A stretch of DNA of 63,692 nucleotides, filler included, from Reticulomyxa filosa (taxonomy: Eukaryota > Protista > Foraminifera), in the NCBI GenBank assembly GCA_000512085.1. It is 20 parts of 20 records of this genome, joined end to end, with 100 filler letters (N's around TTAATTAATTAA, not from the genome) between each part and the next. Parts side by side here need not be neighbours in the genome. Positions count along the whole stretch, not along the records: positions 13,573 to 14,596 come from ASPP01012714.1; positions 14,697 to 17,130 come from ASPP01028887.1; positions 17,231 to 18,883 come from ASPP01044134.1; positions 18,984 to 25,542 come from ASPP01023667.1; positions 25,643 to 38,180 come from ASPP01006103.1; 15 more parts are not named here. One strand, 5' to 3'. The position numbers and the translations under genes were made by a program. Each line of letters begins with the position of its first letter. The stretch's first letter is position 1. The notes beneath the pieces are model-generated. The model ran no database searches. It saw only the letters and a program-made list of their open reading frames with translations, and was not told where the DNA came from. Shown here in pieces: positions 13,946 to 25,699 of the stretch.

Positions 13946-14596
13946 TCAGAAGCGCAGCAGCAGCGCGCCCCAGGCAAAACCGCCACCAATACCTTCCATC
14001 AGCACGGTCTGGCCGCGCTGGATCTTGCCCTGGCGCACGGCATGGTCGAACGCCAGCGGAATGGACGCCGCCGAGGTATTGCCCTGCTCCGGCAAGGTGA
14101 CGATGACTTTGTCCATCGACAGTTGCAGGTGCTTGGCGGTGGCTTCGATGATGCGGATATTGGCCTGGTGCGGCACCAGCCAGTCCACGCTGTCTTGCGG
14201 CACGCCGGCCTCGGCCAGGGTTTTCTCCGCAATGTCAGACAGCGCCTTCACCGCAAACTTGAACACCGCCGGTCCATCCATGTGCAGGTAAGGCGTACCT
14301 TCCACCTCGCCGTCGATGATTTGCGCTTCGGTCTTCAGGATGTCGCGGTAGCGGCCGTCTGCGGCCAACTTGGCGTGCAGGATGCCCGGCTCGTCGCTGG
14401 CGCCCACCACTACGGCGCCGGCACCGTCGCCGAACAGCACGCAGGTGCGGCGATCGTCCCAGTCCAGCAGGCGGCTCAATCACTTCGGCGCCCACCACCA
14501 GCACGTTTTTGGCCATGCCGCTCTTGATGTAACCGTTGGCCGTGGCCAGCGCGTACACGAAACCGGCGCAAACGGCCTGCACGTCAAACGCGGGCA
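13946..14596 (-). CDS. fabH: 3-oxoacyl-ACP synthase III, 5'-truncated, one frameshift near 14480 (bacterial)
   Basis: [45 protein letters not shown]; an extra T turns GTG ATG AGC into GTG ATTG AGC. Confidence 0.96.
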
Positions 14597-16237
14597 NNNN
14601 NNNNNNNNNNNNNNNNNNNNNNNNNNNNNNNNNNNNNNNNTTAATTAATTAANNNNNNNNNNNNNNNNNNNNNNNNNNNNNNNNNNNNNNNNNNNNGAGT
14701 TATACAAAATACATTCAAATAGAAAAAAGTACTTTTTGTATTAGCATAAAAATCAAATCAATGAGTGAAAAATTGGATACTGATTAGTTCTTCATTCTAA
14801 TCAAAGAGTACAAACACTGTTCATTTCCAAATTGCATCCAACACATCTTTGTCGTTTCGTTGCAGTTTTCCTTTTGCTCATCTTACGGGCGTCGCTCTTA
14901 CATCCTCCTGGTCCACCTTTGCCAGAGTAGGCCTTTCAATGTGTATTTTTTAATAATCGTTTGTTTACATTTGTGCATTAATTTATCGCACAAACCAGTG
15001 TAGATTCATTGCAACATTTGATCGAACAAAATGACATTCATGGAATTATAGATTGATCAATGTGTGAAGCAGATACATAGACATTGCTCAATGACATCAA
15101 ATGTATATTGGGCTATATTCTAAGCTATTCCAAAATACACAACTTGATTGAATGAAATCTATGGAAATGATGATGTTGCTTATGAATCATTAAAACATAC
15201 ATCCTGTGGTATCGAAGATTGGTATTATCGAACAATTGACTTCAAAGCTGGATGTTTACAAGGCAAGCACAATTGAATGATTTTGCTTATTACCAAGCAA
15301 AAAGGTATTTAATCTGAGTATTATCCTAAGAATATATGCAATCATGTTTTTTTTTATGCGATCGACAAATATTTGAATACATCACACAAACGTATAACTA
15401 ACGCAAAAATATAACATATAGATCTATAAAAAAAGCGATACTGCACCGAACAAATGAAAGCAGATGCTCGCCTTGACATTGATTAAAAACACAGACAAAT
15501 AATACGGTCAAGTCTCAATTTGTGATATTTGTATGTAGATGATATTCTGTTACTGAAAAGTTTGTTTTTTCAATAAGACGCAAAAATAATTTTAATTAAA
15601 ACGCAATTTACGAATTGTTTGTTCAAAAAATTAGATTTTTTTTTTTGAAATGTAAAAACGACAAATTCCAAAAACAAACCACACTTCAGCTTGTATATCA
15701 CTAATACAACAGTATATGGCCAGAAGAAAAAAATATTTAGGTAAAGGTGTTTTTGACGTTTGCTTGACGATGTTGTTCTGATGTAGTATTTTAATTAATA
15801 ACATTAACGCTTTCCACATGCCAATTTCGACATGATAATTCGACTTTGAAGATTAATAAATAATATACATTTGGCATCATCAAAACAAAAAAGGGTTTTA
15901 AAAAATTAACTTTTTTAATTTTCATAAAAAAGTTTTAAATTGATTATAATTGCTTAAATGTTCATTATTTTTTATAAAATATACATTTAACTATTTTATT
16001 AGCTGTAATCAACAATTTAAAAATGTAATTCAAAATCGAATGATTTTTTTGCAATACAATAAGTTTATATTTTTCAAATGGAAAAAGAATTTAAATTTTA
16101 AAAGTATTTTATGTTTAAGTTTTGCTTTTTCTAAAAATAAAATCAAATTTTTAACTAAAAGGGATGAACGAAGTTCAGGTGGATCAAAAAATGATTTATG
16201 AAAATGTTTATTATGTACTATCAATTCATTCATTTTG

Positions 16238-16420
16238 TCAATCTAAACCAAAGATAAGCAAAACTATAACAACAATGACGGCAGAACAAAGTCTCTTGAG
16301 CTTCTTGGTCACACGTTCAGCCTTTTGTTTAAAGCGAACTGAATGCTGTGCAATTTTCCTGATCGGTCTACACCTTAATGAATCTCGAGTTCATTGAGGG
16401 ATCTATCCCAACTCTTGTGT
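16238..16420 (-). pseudogene. Possible synaptobrevin/VAMP (R-SNARE) C-terminal remnant
   Basis: SLNELEI*..DRSG / KIAQHSVRFKQKAERVTKKLKR followed by TM AVIVVIVLLIFGL*; has a stop and a frameshift. Confidence 0.4.
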
Positions 16421-16686
16421 CTACTTTTCGTTGAAGGGATTACACGGACAGTTTTTTGTCCATATGATCTTGGACAGATTTTGACGTAATTTAGAAAAAT
16501 AAGCATGAAAAACAAAAAAGAAAAATTATAATCTATTTCGTAGCACGTATTGGACCTTTTCAAAAAAAAAAATAGTTGCATCATGCACTGTATTTCTTTG
16601 AATATAAAATTTGATATTTTTCGAGTGAAACTATTTAAAGGTTAAGAAAGGGGGGGGGAGGTGAGTTAAAAAAAAAAAAATTGATA

Positions 16687-17130
16687 ATGTCAACCCCTCC
16701 TATCGAACGCCTGGCTGGCCTATCACAGCCTTTGGCGGAACCCTTGCGTGGGTATCTAGCGAATGAGACAGTATTTTCTTCAGAGAGCAATGTATTATTT
16801 TTGTATGCAGACAACTCTCTCTACATGCACTCATTGCAAACGGGGGAATGTATAAGCGTGTTTGAGAACGAGGATCCAATTAAATCGATAGCGAGTCATC
16901 CATTCAATGAATTTCAGTTATTATCATTGGACGCAGGGGGTAAATTGAAGGTGTGGGATTTCGTGCGTGGAATGTGTGTGAAGTCAGTATCAGTGAAGAA
17001 ATGGTTGTACGATAACTCGGCAGAAGCAAGTGAGCTTTACGTCCTTTCATTTACAAGTTTGGTGGCAGCAAAATACGAAAAGGATGAAAGTCAAGCAGGA
17101 TTGTTGCGTCACGTTGAGGAGTCGAAAGAC
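16687..17130 (+). CDS. WD40 protein, WDR75/Utp17-like N-terminus, 3'-truncated
   Basis: VFSSESNVLF...SLQTGECI...HPFNEFQLLS...GKLKVWDFVRGMCVKS follows the WDR75 first-blade pattern. Confidence 0.7.
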
Positions 17131-17230
17131 NNNNNNNNNNNNNNNNNNNNNNNNNNNNNNNNNNNNNNNNNNNNTTAATTAATTAANNNNNNNNNNNNNN
17201 NNNNNNNNNNNNNNNNNNNNNNNNNNNNNN

Positions 17231-17301
17231 TATTTCATAACTTCCTATATTAGTTACTAAATACTTTTTAATCTATTTCTTTTAGTTTCGAAAGAAGTCT
17301 A
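17231..17301 (-). mobile_element. IS-like element end with RBS and probable transposase start, running off the contig
   Basis: Minus strand TAGACTTCTTTCGAAACTAAAAG...TAGGAAGTT-ATG-AAA; 41/42 identical to the inverted copy at 18842-18883. Confidence 0.6.
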
Positions 17302-17487
17302 TTAATATCCGTACTAATTACGGGCATGTTTTTATAATCAGATTTTAATAAACCAAGTAATAGTTAGTCTTGAAATTTAATTTATAAAAAAACGATAAGT
17401 TTCCTTTTTAAAATTTTTATTCATATTGATAATTTCAACGCTTGATATTTATATTTTAAATCAAGCACAGTTCATTAATGAGATCGA

Positions 17488-17564
17488 TGGCGTTCCCGAC
17501 AGGATTCGAACCTGTGACCTTAGGATTAGGAATCCTACGCTCTATCCGACTGAGCTACGGGAAC
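17488..17564 (-). tRNA. tRNA-Arg(CCT), bacterial type with encoded CCA
   Basis: GTTCCCG TAGCTCAGTCGGATAGAGC G TAGGA-TTCCTAA-TCCTA AGGTC ACAGG-TTCGAAT-CCTGT CGGGAAC G CCA folds into a 77-nt cloverleaf. Confidence 0.97.
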
Positions 17565-17688
17565 CGCTTGTCATCTATTTACTATAGATCGTTTGTGCAA
17601 GCAAAATATATTTTTTTTTAAACGTTAATGAAAATTTATTAAAAGAATTTACATTGAAAATTATGCCAATTTAGTTTTTAATTGATTA

Positions 17689-17913
17689 ATGTTTGAGGTG
17701 ACAGTTATGAGAATTTACAAATTATCTTTTTTATCATTATTCTGGAATTTTATAAATGGCGCCATCTCAAGCTGTGTTATTAGATTTAAATATCAACCAA
17801 TTGAAATTGAAAGATTTCCTGACATTTTTTTATCAGGAGATGTAATAAGAATTAGCGATGATGTAAGATTTGCATTACAAAGATATATAGGTAAAAATGA
17901 GAGACGATCATAG
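17689..17913 (+). CDS. Small hypothetical protein overlapping the DUF2335 gene
   Basis: 74-aa ORF with 17-nt overlap; C-terminal SGDVIRISDDVRFAL recalls small genes that precede DUF2335. Confidence 0.5.
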   Translation: MFEVTVMRIYKLSFLSLFWNFINGAISSCVIRFKYQPIEIERFPDIFLSGDVIRISDDVRFALQRYIGKNERRS

Positions 17914-18331
17914 AAGAAATAGGGGTGGTTATCGAAAAAATTATCATGAACAAAATCGGGTTTTCTTCCTTCCACCACTTGCATTACTGGAAAGTTATGA
18001 AGAAATTTCTCCAGGTATAACGGAAAAACTTGCTGAGATTACTAAAAGTGAGCAACGACATAGGCATGATTGGGAAAATCGTTATTTAAGTTCAATTACG
18101 TATACTTCAAGAATTGGACAGTTATTTGGTTTTGCACTTTCTATTATAATTATTTATACAACATTTATATTAGCTACTAATGATAATTTAGTTGACAATG
18201 TTTATATTGCATCAATAGTTTGCTTATCTGGATTTGGTTTTTTAGTTTGTGCAGCTCTTGCCTCAATTAGACCAAGAAAACATCTGCGCAGACCAAGGCC
18301 ACCATTTAATAATGACCGAAACTTTAAATAA
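17897..18331 (+). CDS. DUF2335-family membrane protein
   Basis: LPPLALLESYEEISPGITEKL...EQRHRH then GQLFGF and two TM helices. Confidence 0.8.
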   Translation: MRDDHRRNRGGYRKNYHEQNRVFFLPPLALLESYEEISPGITEKLAEITKSEQRHRHDWENRYLSSITYTSRIGQLFGFALSIIIIYTTFILATNDNLVDNVYIASIVCLSGFGFLVCAALASIRPRKHLRRPRPPFNNDRNFK

Positions 18332-18841
18332 CTAATAACCGCTTCACTCCAGGAACATGTGTTTCACCTCTAAAGTTAATCGCATTTTGAAATACCTCTG
18401 AGCAAGTTTTAAAAGTTTTATCACATCCAGCGGTAATATTAAATTTATCACCGACAGATAAATTGTAGGGAACCTGGTTAAAGAGGGATATTTTTTGATC
18501 GATATACTCTTTAATTTCAAACGAAAGGTTAGAATTTTTACCACTGGTAAAATGTAAATTTCCGCCTTTAAAATAATGGTTATTTTCTTGGCGTGTGAAA
18601 TCTAAAAAAGCGCTATTGCTCAAAATTTTTGCAACCTGACCAGCAAAGGTAAATTTACTAATATCCAGTTTACAAAACTGATTGCAAAAATTAGTTCTAC
18701 AGAGGGGGGAATAAATTTGCCCCAGATTGTTGCTCAATTTTTGCGCTAAACCTTTAACTTCAACCGTAAATGCACCATTCTTTAAATTTACTTCACCGAA
18801 ATAGCCTTTTTTCAAATGCAATTTATCGGAGGATTGCTGAT
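18324..18841 (-). pseudogene. C-terminal part of DUF2163/BR0599 phage or GTA (RcGTA g13-like) protein, interrupted by an IS-like end
   Basis: KKGYFGEV, YSPLCR...C, FTSGKN, ITAGCDKTFKTC...FQNAINFRGETHVPG; the frame runs straight into the repeat at 18842. Confidence 0.8.
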
Positions 18842-18883
18842 TAGACTTTTTTCGAAACTAAAAGAAATAGATTAAAAAGTATT
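18842..18883 (+). mobile_element. Second copy of the IS-like end, inverted
   Basis: TAGACTTTTTTCGAAACTAAAAGAAATAGATTAAAAAGTATT equals the reverse complement of 17260-17301 with one mismatch. Confidence 0.65.
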
Positions 18884-19010
18884 NNNNNNNNNNNNNNNNN
18901 NNNNNNNNNNNNNNNNNNNNNNNNNNNTTAATTAATTAANNNNNNNNNNNNNNNNNNNNNNNNNNNNNNNNNNNNNNNNNNNNCCCCCTCCTTTCTTCTA
19001 GTTTTTGCGA

Positions 19011-19660
19011 TCACTGGACATTCATCGGTGAATCAAACCAAGGAAAATTGCATTGTTTCAATCGATTCGAACAACACTTAACTTTACATATGTAGCAGTT
19101 GCATAGAAGGGTAGGTTTTGACTGCACTTGCACTTGTGTCCGTGCTCGTGGTTGTGCTTGTGGTTGTGCTTGTGGTTGTGCTTGTGGTTGTGCTTGTAAT
19201 TGTGGTTGTGGTTGTGGTTGTGCTTGTGGTTGTGCTTGTGGCTGTGCTTGTGATTGTAATTGTGGCTGTGCTTGTTCTTGAATTTGTGACCCTTTTGACA
19301 AAGTAGATTCCAGAAATGATGCCAATTTTTGCGATGATTGCTTCGTTGTGGGCGTAGTTGTATCAGCACTATCCTGTTGTTTCACCTTCGATATTCGTGC
19401 TAGTGCACGCTGTGCTTCTTCTCTTTTCTTATGCTTCTTTCCTTTCACATGCGATTTCCAATTCATTATATCGATTTGTTTCTTTTTTTTGTTTGTTTTA
19501 AAGTTTTGTTTCTAGTTTGATACTCTTTTGAAAATGCCTTTTAAAATACAAAACATTACAAGCCCCGCAATACTGTTTCGCAACGGCGAAATTACGACAT
19601 TGAAATTGCTTATTCCCGCCTCGTATCTTTGTTTGACCTGGATTTATAGTTTTTGGCTAC
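19011..19660 (-). CDS. U1/matrin-type C2H2 zinc-finger protein with Q/A/P repeat
   Basis: Removing intron 19482-19554 gives YCGACNKQIDIMNWKSHVKGKKH; second finger begins CYICKVKC; gene ends uncertain. Confidence 0.7.
19148..19275 (-). repeat. 12-bp coding tandem repeat (QAQP)n
   Basis: (CAAGCACAACCA)n on the minus strand. Confidence 0.9.
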
Positions 19661-20260
19661 TATGTTTACTTCCGCTCAACACAACAAGAAATAACTGGAA
19701 ATTTCTGGCCATATACAGGATCTATGATACAGTCGCGACCGATTTAGTAATGAAAAAAGATTGTACATTCAAAATGGCCCAATATGCAGAAAATAAAGCG
19801 GATATTATTCACCTCTCTTGAGTTCAGGACGTGTTTTTTTCCTCTGCTGTTTTTGGTTTTTAAAAAGAGACACAAATCCTCTGGCCGGTTGGTTTTAGTG
19901 TATTACATAAAAATAGGATTTTTGTTCAAATGGACTAGTTTGCATCTAATTTTTGTAAGTTGCACGATACTGGAATATAAAAAGAAAAAATGAAAAGTGT
20001 AATGTCATTTCAATAGTTGGTGTCTACTCAATGAAGCAAAGAGTAAAAAAAATGGCACCTCCAAAAAACCCAATTGTGGGGAAAAGGCCAATAATGACAA
20101 ATTGGGGAGGGAAAAAGAGCACTTATCTTCAAAAACAAAATGTGAAAGTGAAAGATTAATGTATCCACCACAGATGACAGCAGTAACAAGAGTTTTGTTT
20201 TTTTGAATAGGAAAAAAGTGCAAAGGGATAAAACCATGAGGAAAGTTTTGTCGTGTTGTT

Positions 20261-21551
20261 TCAATCACTACTTTTTTTGCCTCCAGCATTTTTTGGTAAG
20301 TCAGATTTGACTTCAGTAGACTCTTCATCATGTTTGCTTGCATCTTGAAGTCGATCTCGCAACACAGCCAAAGACAAAACAAAAGTGCACGTATTACTAT
20401 TTGAATCAGTAGCATGTGTCTTCTGTTCATTTTCGTCCTTGTTACTGTTATTTTCATGCAAGGGTCGAAATTCAAATTGTTTCAAAAATTTGGCGATTTT
20501 GTCGTTGGATTTATCCACTGAAATCGCTATTTGTTGTATTTTATTGCGATGAAGTGCTGCTTTAATTAAATTCGCCATTAAACGCGAGCCTTTTTTATTT
20601 TTATTTAAAAAAGTATGTATTTATATTTATATTTGCATAATGTGCATACACATATATACATTTATATATATTAAATATAACGTATTAATAAACATTTGCT
20701 CCATCTTGATAATTATGTCCCAGTTCATACACAAAAAAAAGGGAGAGAAAAAAAAACTGCGAAAAATTGAAAAAGTGCAAAGAACAATACATATAGAAAA
20801 AATAAACTTCTAACCGAATCCATATCCACGGAAATATGGCAGTATGCAAAGTACTCGAATGTGCAAAATATCATTTTCTTGTTCACATACCACTGTCCCA
20901 ACTTCTATATCTCCGTGAAATACTGTTGCATGTATCGTCACATATCACCACAATACACACATTTGAGCTATTAGGGGGAATACATTTCCTCATCAATGTG
21001 TTACATGTTTTCCTATCTCTTCTCCTCTTTTCTTTCTTTCTTCTTCCTCACTTTCGAAAAGATTGCCTTGGTGCAGAAGAAAGAGATGAGAAAAAAAAAA
21101 TGGAAACAACTGAACTGAATTGATTGATGTCTCGCATTTCAACTTTGTACAAATTTTCCTCGAAAGTACTTGTTTCTATGTCCTTTGGTACATTTATCCC
21201 GCTGTACTTTAATAACAGTCGATATTGTTGGAGATTATGTTTTGTAAATATCCCAAAGAAGGTTTTCATATGTGCATACTTTTCTGTGCGATTTTGTTTT
21301 CCCTTATTTTGTTTGTGCTGGTTCGATTTTCCGCTTTCAAAAGACTTTTGTTTTCTTTTTTTAAAAAATTGACCTGTGTATTTTTGAAACTCCTTTGTCA
21401 AATACTCATCAATTTTGACAGAAGGTCCAGATACTGTTTTTGGTTTTTTTGGAGCGGCTTGTTCTTTGGGAGCTTGTGTTGGTGCTGTCTTTTCGGCTTT
21501 ATTCTTTTGTTGTTGATTAGGTTTTTTACCACCACCTTTTCTTTTTGGCAT
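20261..21551 (-). CDS. GNAT-family N-acetyltransferase, multi-exon
   Basis: Exon near 20815-20945 reads HGDIEVGTVVYEQENDILHIRVLCILPYFRGYGFG (acetyl-CoA motif A); next exon SRLMANLI...ISVDKSNDKIAKFLKQFEF. Confidence 0.75.
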
Positions 21552-22124
21552 TTTTGATTACAAATTTTAATTGGTAATTATAAAATTAGTAACAGCCCCT
21601 CACTGTGTAAAAAACACAACTTGAGCAAAAAAAGTCTCTGCCATGTTTTTTTGTTGTCGTTGCTTGTTTGTTAAACAATACTCTAGTTTTTTGTGGTTTT
21701 TCGCAGTGAGAAGAAAATTGAATTTAAAACAAATAAAAGTATTTTTTCTCCTCTCTTGACTGCATTTCGATTGTAAGTACAATGTAAATGAAGCGAATGA
21801 TAACCTGTTCGAACGTTTATGGACTTTGCTAACGTATATCCAATTTTAAATCAATATTTTTGATTGAAAACAAAATCTATTATTGGAGCTGAAATCTTCT
21901 GAAAACATTTTACGAAAAAATTACTACGTTTTGTTTTCATATAGGACATCAGCTTTGTTGCCCAAAAAACTCAAGTATTGGATGTGAGGTTGGTTCATGA
22001 AAATGAAAAAGTCGACAACGCTCCTCTTTGCGCAGTATCAAAAGATAAAATGAAACCTGAGACAAAATTACGTCGATCAAGTCCACACAATAAATATCCC
22101 AAAAACTAAGAAAATTCATGAGTC

Positions 22125-24641
22125 TTAGAGTCGATGAACTCCTGGTGGGGGTCCAGGAGGAGGCGGTGGCGGAGGGGGCGGAACATAGTCATGTGATGGA
22201 TATTGGCTGATCCCATGACCTGGAAGACTATGCTGTACTACTCCAAAATTAGCATACGAAGGAATATTCATTGGAGCTAGCCCCGGACCCATACCGTACA
22301 TCATATTGTTTGCATGATGTTGCATCATTCCCATACCAGGGACATAACCATAGGCCGGAGGGGGAGGGCAAAGATAGGGATTTTGGGGAATCACTGCAAA
22401 AAATACAAACAACCACTAGACATTATTTCAAAAAGATTTTAAGGAAAACAAAACTTGAAACAGGTGGCGTAGGATGATAAGTGAAATACATTGAAGATGG
22501 CTGAACATTAGGCGGCGCGATTTGGACAGAAGGAATTGGCGGATGATGATTTGGAGTTGGTGGTAGCGCATTTGGTTGATTTGGAGGGGGTACTGCATGA
22601 TAATTCTCGTTGTTTGTCTGTGATTCTGTCTTGACAATATTTTTATCGATATTCTCATTACGAATGGGGAGGATTGTTCTTTCCACAGTTGGTGCTGTTG
22701 GCCCAGTCAACGCACCTTTAATCCCTCGTGACACAGGTCCCTCTCCCATTAATTCAGCCATAAATTGCTGATATTCATCATCTACAGTCACACCACCACC
22801 TTGTTGTCGGTATGCGTTAATTAAATGCTGCAAAGGCTTGCCCTTTTTGTAGTACTAATAGAGGGAAAAAAAACAATGCAATGGAAAGTGTGATATGAAA
22901 AATGTTAATTTGAGGATAGGCATACCTTGCAGTCTTCAGTAACATGAGACACTTCTCCACATATATGACATTGAACTTGAGCAGGAGTCCAAGCTTCTCC
23001 AGATCGTTCAGGACATTTGTATATTGGATGCCCGACGCCTCCGCAAATGCGGCATCTTATGTCTCTAAACATGCCCTCAAAGGTGGACATTCGTATTAAT
23101 TGTCGATTTTTTGTTTCATGTTTTCCTTCCCTGACATCATTGATTATTCTTTCAATGGCTGCGACACCCTTCTCCAAGGCACACTGTCAAACAAGTGTGT
23201 AAAAAAATTTTTGAAATTTTTTTTTTTTTGAATGCCCTCATCTTTGCTTTTAGTAGTGTCTCTTTTCTTGAGAGAAAAAAAAAATCCTCTTAACCAAACT
23301 GGATTCGAAGCAGTGAGTTCAACATTCATTGGCTCCTCTTGCACTACCCCTGTCACAACCAAAGCTGTTTTGTCTGTAGCGCCTATACCTCGTACCGCAA
23401 TTTTGCAATTTGTCTCCTTTTGCAATTGTTTCTGGTTATCTCCACGTGGACCCACAATTATACCAAACCAATTGCAATCAGGGAACTCGTCAACCGGTAG
23501 GAATATTTTTTTAACCAATTTTGGGGGTTTATAATCTGAAGGAGGCTTTTTTTTTTTTTTTTTTTTTCCGTTCCCCCGACAATAAATACATTATAAGAAC
23601 AGCGATACGTACAAAAGAAGAAAGAAGAGATGCACGAACACAAAGACATTTCACACCAACCTGAAAAGAAGGATCTAGTTCTATGAGTTGTCCGATAATA
23701 TCATTGCGCTCTTTTGTCAATTTTTCACGAAAACGGTTTTCGCGAGTATTTTGTCGTATTCCTTTGTTGTCGTACACAGGTTCTGGAGAAGGAGAACGGG
23801 GGCCTATTTTTAAAAACGCAGTAGGATTCAGCAGTTTTGTATTCACTTCCTATCCAAGGTTTTGTTTTTTTTTTTTAGTCGTTTATTGTAGTTTTATTTG
23901 TTGATCAAAAAATTAGTTTCGTGTGTATTTGTTTTGTTATTGTTTGTTTTTCCAAGGGGAGGGATGAAATTTTTTCCGCGAGTTTGCGCACATGAGCAAA
24001 AAACACACACAAAAAAAAAGAACTTGCAATCTCATTTTTAGGATAAATCGTTTGCTTTGATTTGAGTCCATTTTGAGAGCGGGAGTGGCATTATTTACAA
24101 TGCTAGATTGACCAGAGGCATTGGCATTGTCAACAGTGCCGTTTTCATTTGGTCCTTTTTCTTTCTTTTCACCCCATCGCTTTCTCTTCTTTTTTGGAGG
24201 ACCAAACCGACTTTCTTTTACTCGTTTTCGTTTGACCCCAATCAACCTCAATCGGTTGCCCTCTATCACAATTACTGGCTCATCTTGGCATTCATTTTGT
24301 GCATCACCAGCTTTTTGTTCGTCATCAATCTTTTGTTCATCATCAACTTTTTGTTCATCATTAGCTTTTTGTTCATCATTAGCTTTTTGTTCATCATCAG
24401 CTTTTGGTTCGTCACCAGACTTTGGCTCATCGCAAGGTTTTGATTCATCACAAAGTTTTGGTTCAGCACAAGCTTTTGGTTCTTCTGCAACAACTTTATT
24501 GTCGTCGCTGTTGGTCAACCCTTTTTCCAAGGGCTCAGCGGCCATATTATCAGTTTGAGGAAAACTCACCTTCAATTCATTTGCAGTATCCTCAAATTTC
24601 TCAGTAATGGATCCTGGGGCCAGTGGTACAACTACTTCCAT
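22125..24641 (-). CDS. SF1: Splicing factor 1 / branchpoint-binding protein, multi-exon
   Basis: ULM KKRKRWG, RSPSPEPVYDNKGIRQNTRE, KH domain GIIVGPRG...ETNCKIAVRG, two zinc knuckles, DDEYQQFMAELMG, Pro-rich tail. Confidence 0.93.
24300..24480 (-). repeat. 18-bp coding repeat (DEQKAN/DEPKxx) in the SF1 N-terminus
   Basis: About 10 degenerate hexapeptide units, EEPKAC...DEQKAG. Confidence 0.85.
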
Positions 24642-25699
24642 TGTTGTATCACAGGAAGGTCGAAAAAAATTCAATTATTGAAACTTCCTTTTGAAACCTT
24701 TGTGCACGGTAGTCGCAACAATACAAAAAGTTTATTTTTCCATTTTAACTCTAAATCTTTTAACAAAATATACCGTGTTGGGACAAAGAAACAAGTTTTA
24801 AATAAATGTTCGATTTTATTAAATTTATAATAAGATTGAAAAAAAATAGACTTATTGTTTACATTTTGAGTTAAGAAAACTGTTGCTAATAGCGTTTACG
24901 ATGAAGGGCATACCTACTGTTTAGTGCCAATGTTCAAGTAAATCTTGAAATCCCTTTTTCAAAACTTTTCTACAAAACTTAATTCTCACTTTCTGTCTTT
25001 TACTCTTCTATTTTTTTATTGAAATATATAGCAAATTATAAATCTGATGGCTTTTTTACATAGTCCTTTATGCTTTTGTGCTAGCAAACGGGCACATAAA
25101 TTCTTTTCTACGTTCATTTTACGCTCAAATATTTGAATTACAATTGCATTCTCTTGTGCACTTTCACAATTGAGTTGATTGATTTGTTAATTTGCAAAAA
25201 GTACAGACGAAACAGTTTTAAACTGTGTCGTTAGATTAATATACAAGATTATTTTTTGAAACTTTTATGCTAAGTCTAAATTATCTTTCTTCGTTTGGTA
25301 AAAGATAAAAGGAAAAAGAGTTTGTTTATTCTTATTCAACTTATTTAATTGAGTAAATGGGGTCCTCTGACTGATTTTAAAATTCTTACACTTTAATGAC
25401 AATGAAAGGTAATAAGAGTTACCCAAAACAGACATATTGAGAGCCATTCATCATTAATAAATATCTTTTCTTGATGCAAGATATAAGAAAAGTTTCAATT
25501 TAAAAAATATATTTTATCCATTTCATATCAGTGTGAATAAACNNNNNNNNNNNNNNNNNNNNNNNNNNNNNNNNNNNNNNNNNNNNTTAATTAATTAANN
25601 NNNNNNNNNNNNNNNNNNNNNNNNNNNNNNNNNNNNNNNNNNTTTTTTTTTTTTTTTTTTTTTTTTTTTTCTAAAAAAAAAAAAAATAAATAAATAAAA

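Noticed and set aside
14470-14490. Programmed frameshifting in fabH (and in urtB at 63345-63450)
   Set aside because: Single-base indels in short low-coverage contigs, no slippery site, conserved housekeeping genes; sequencing error is far likelier
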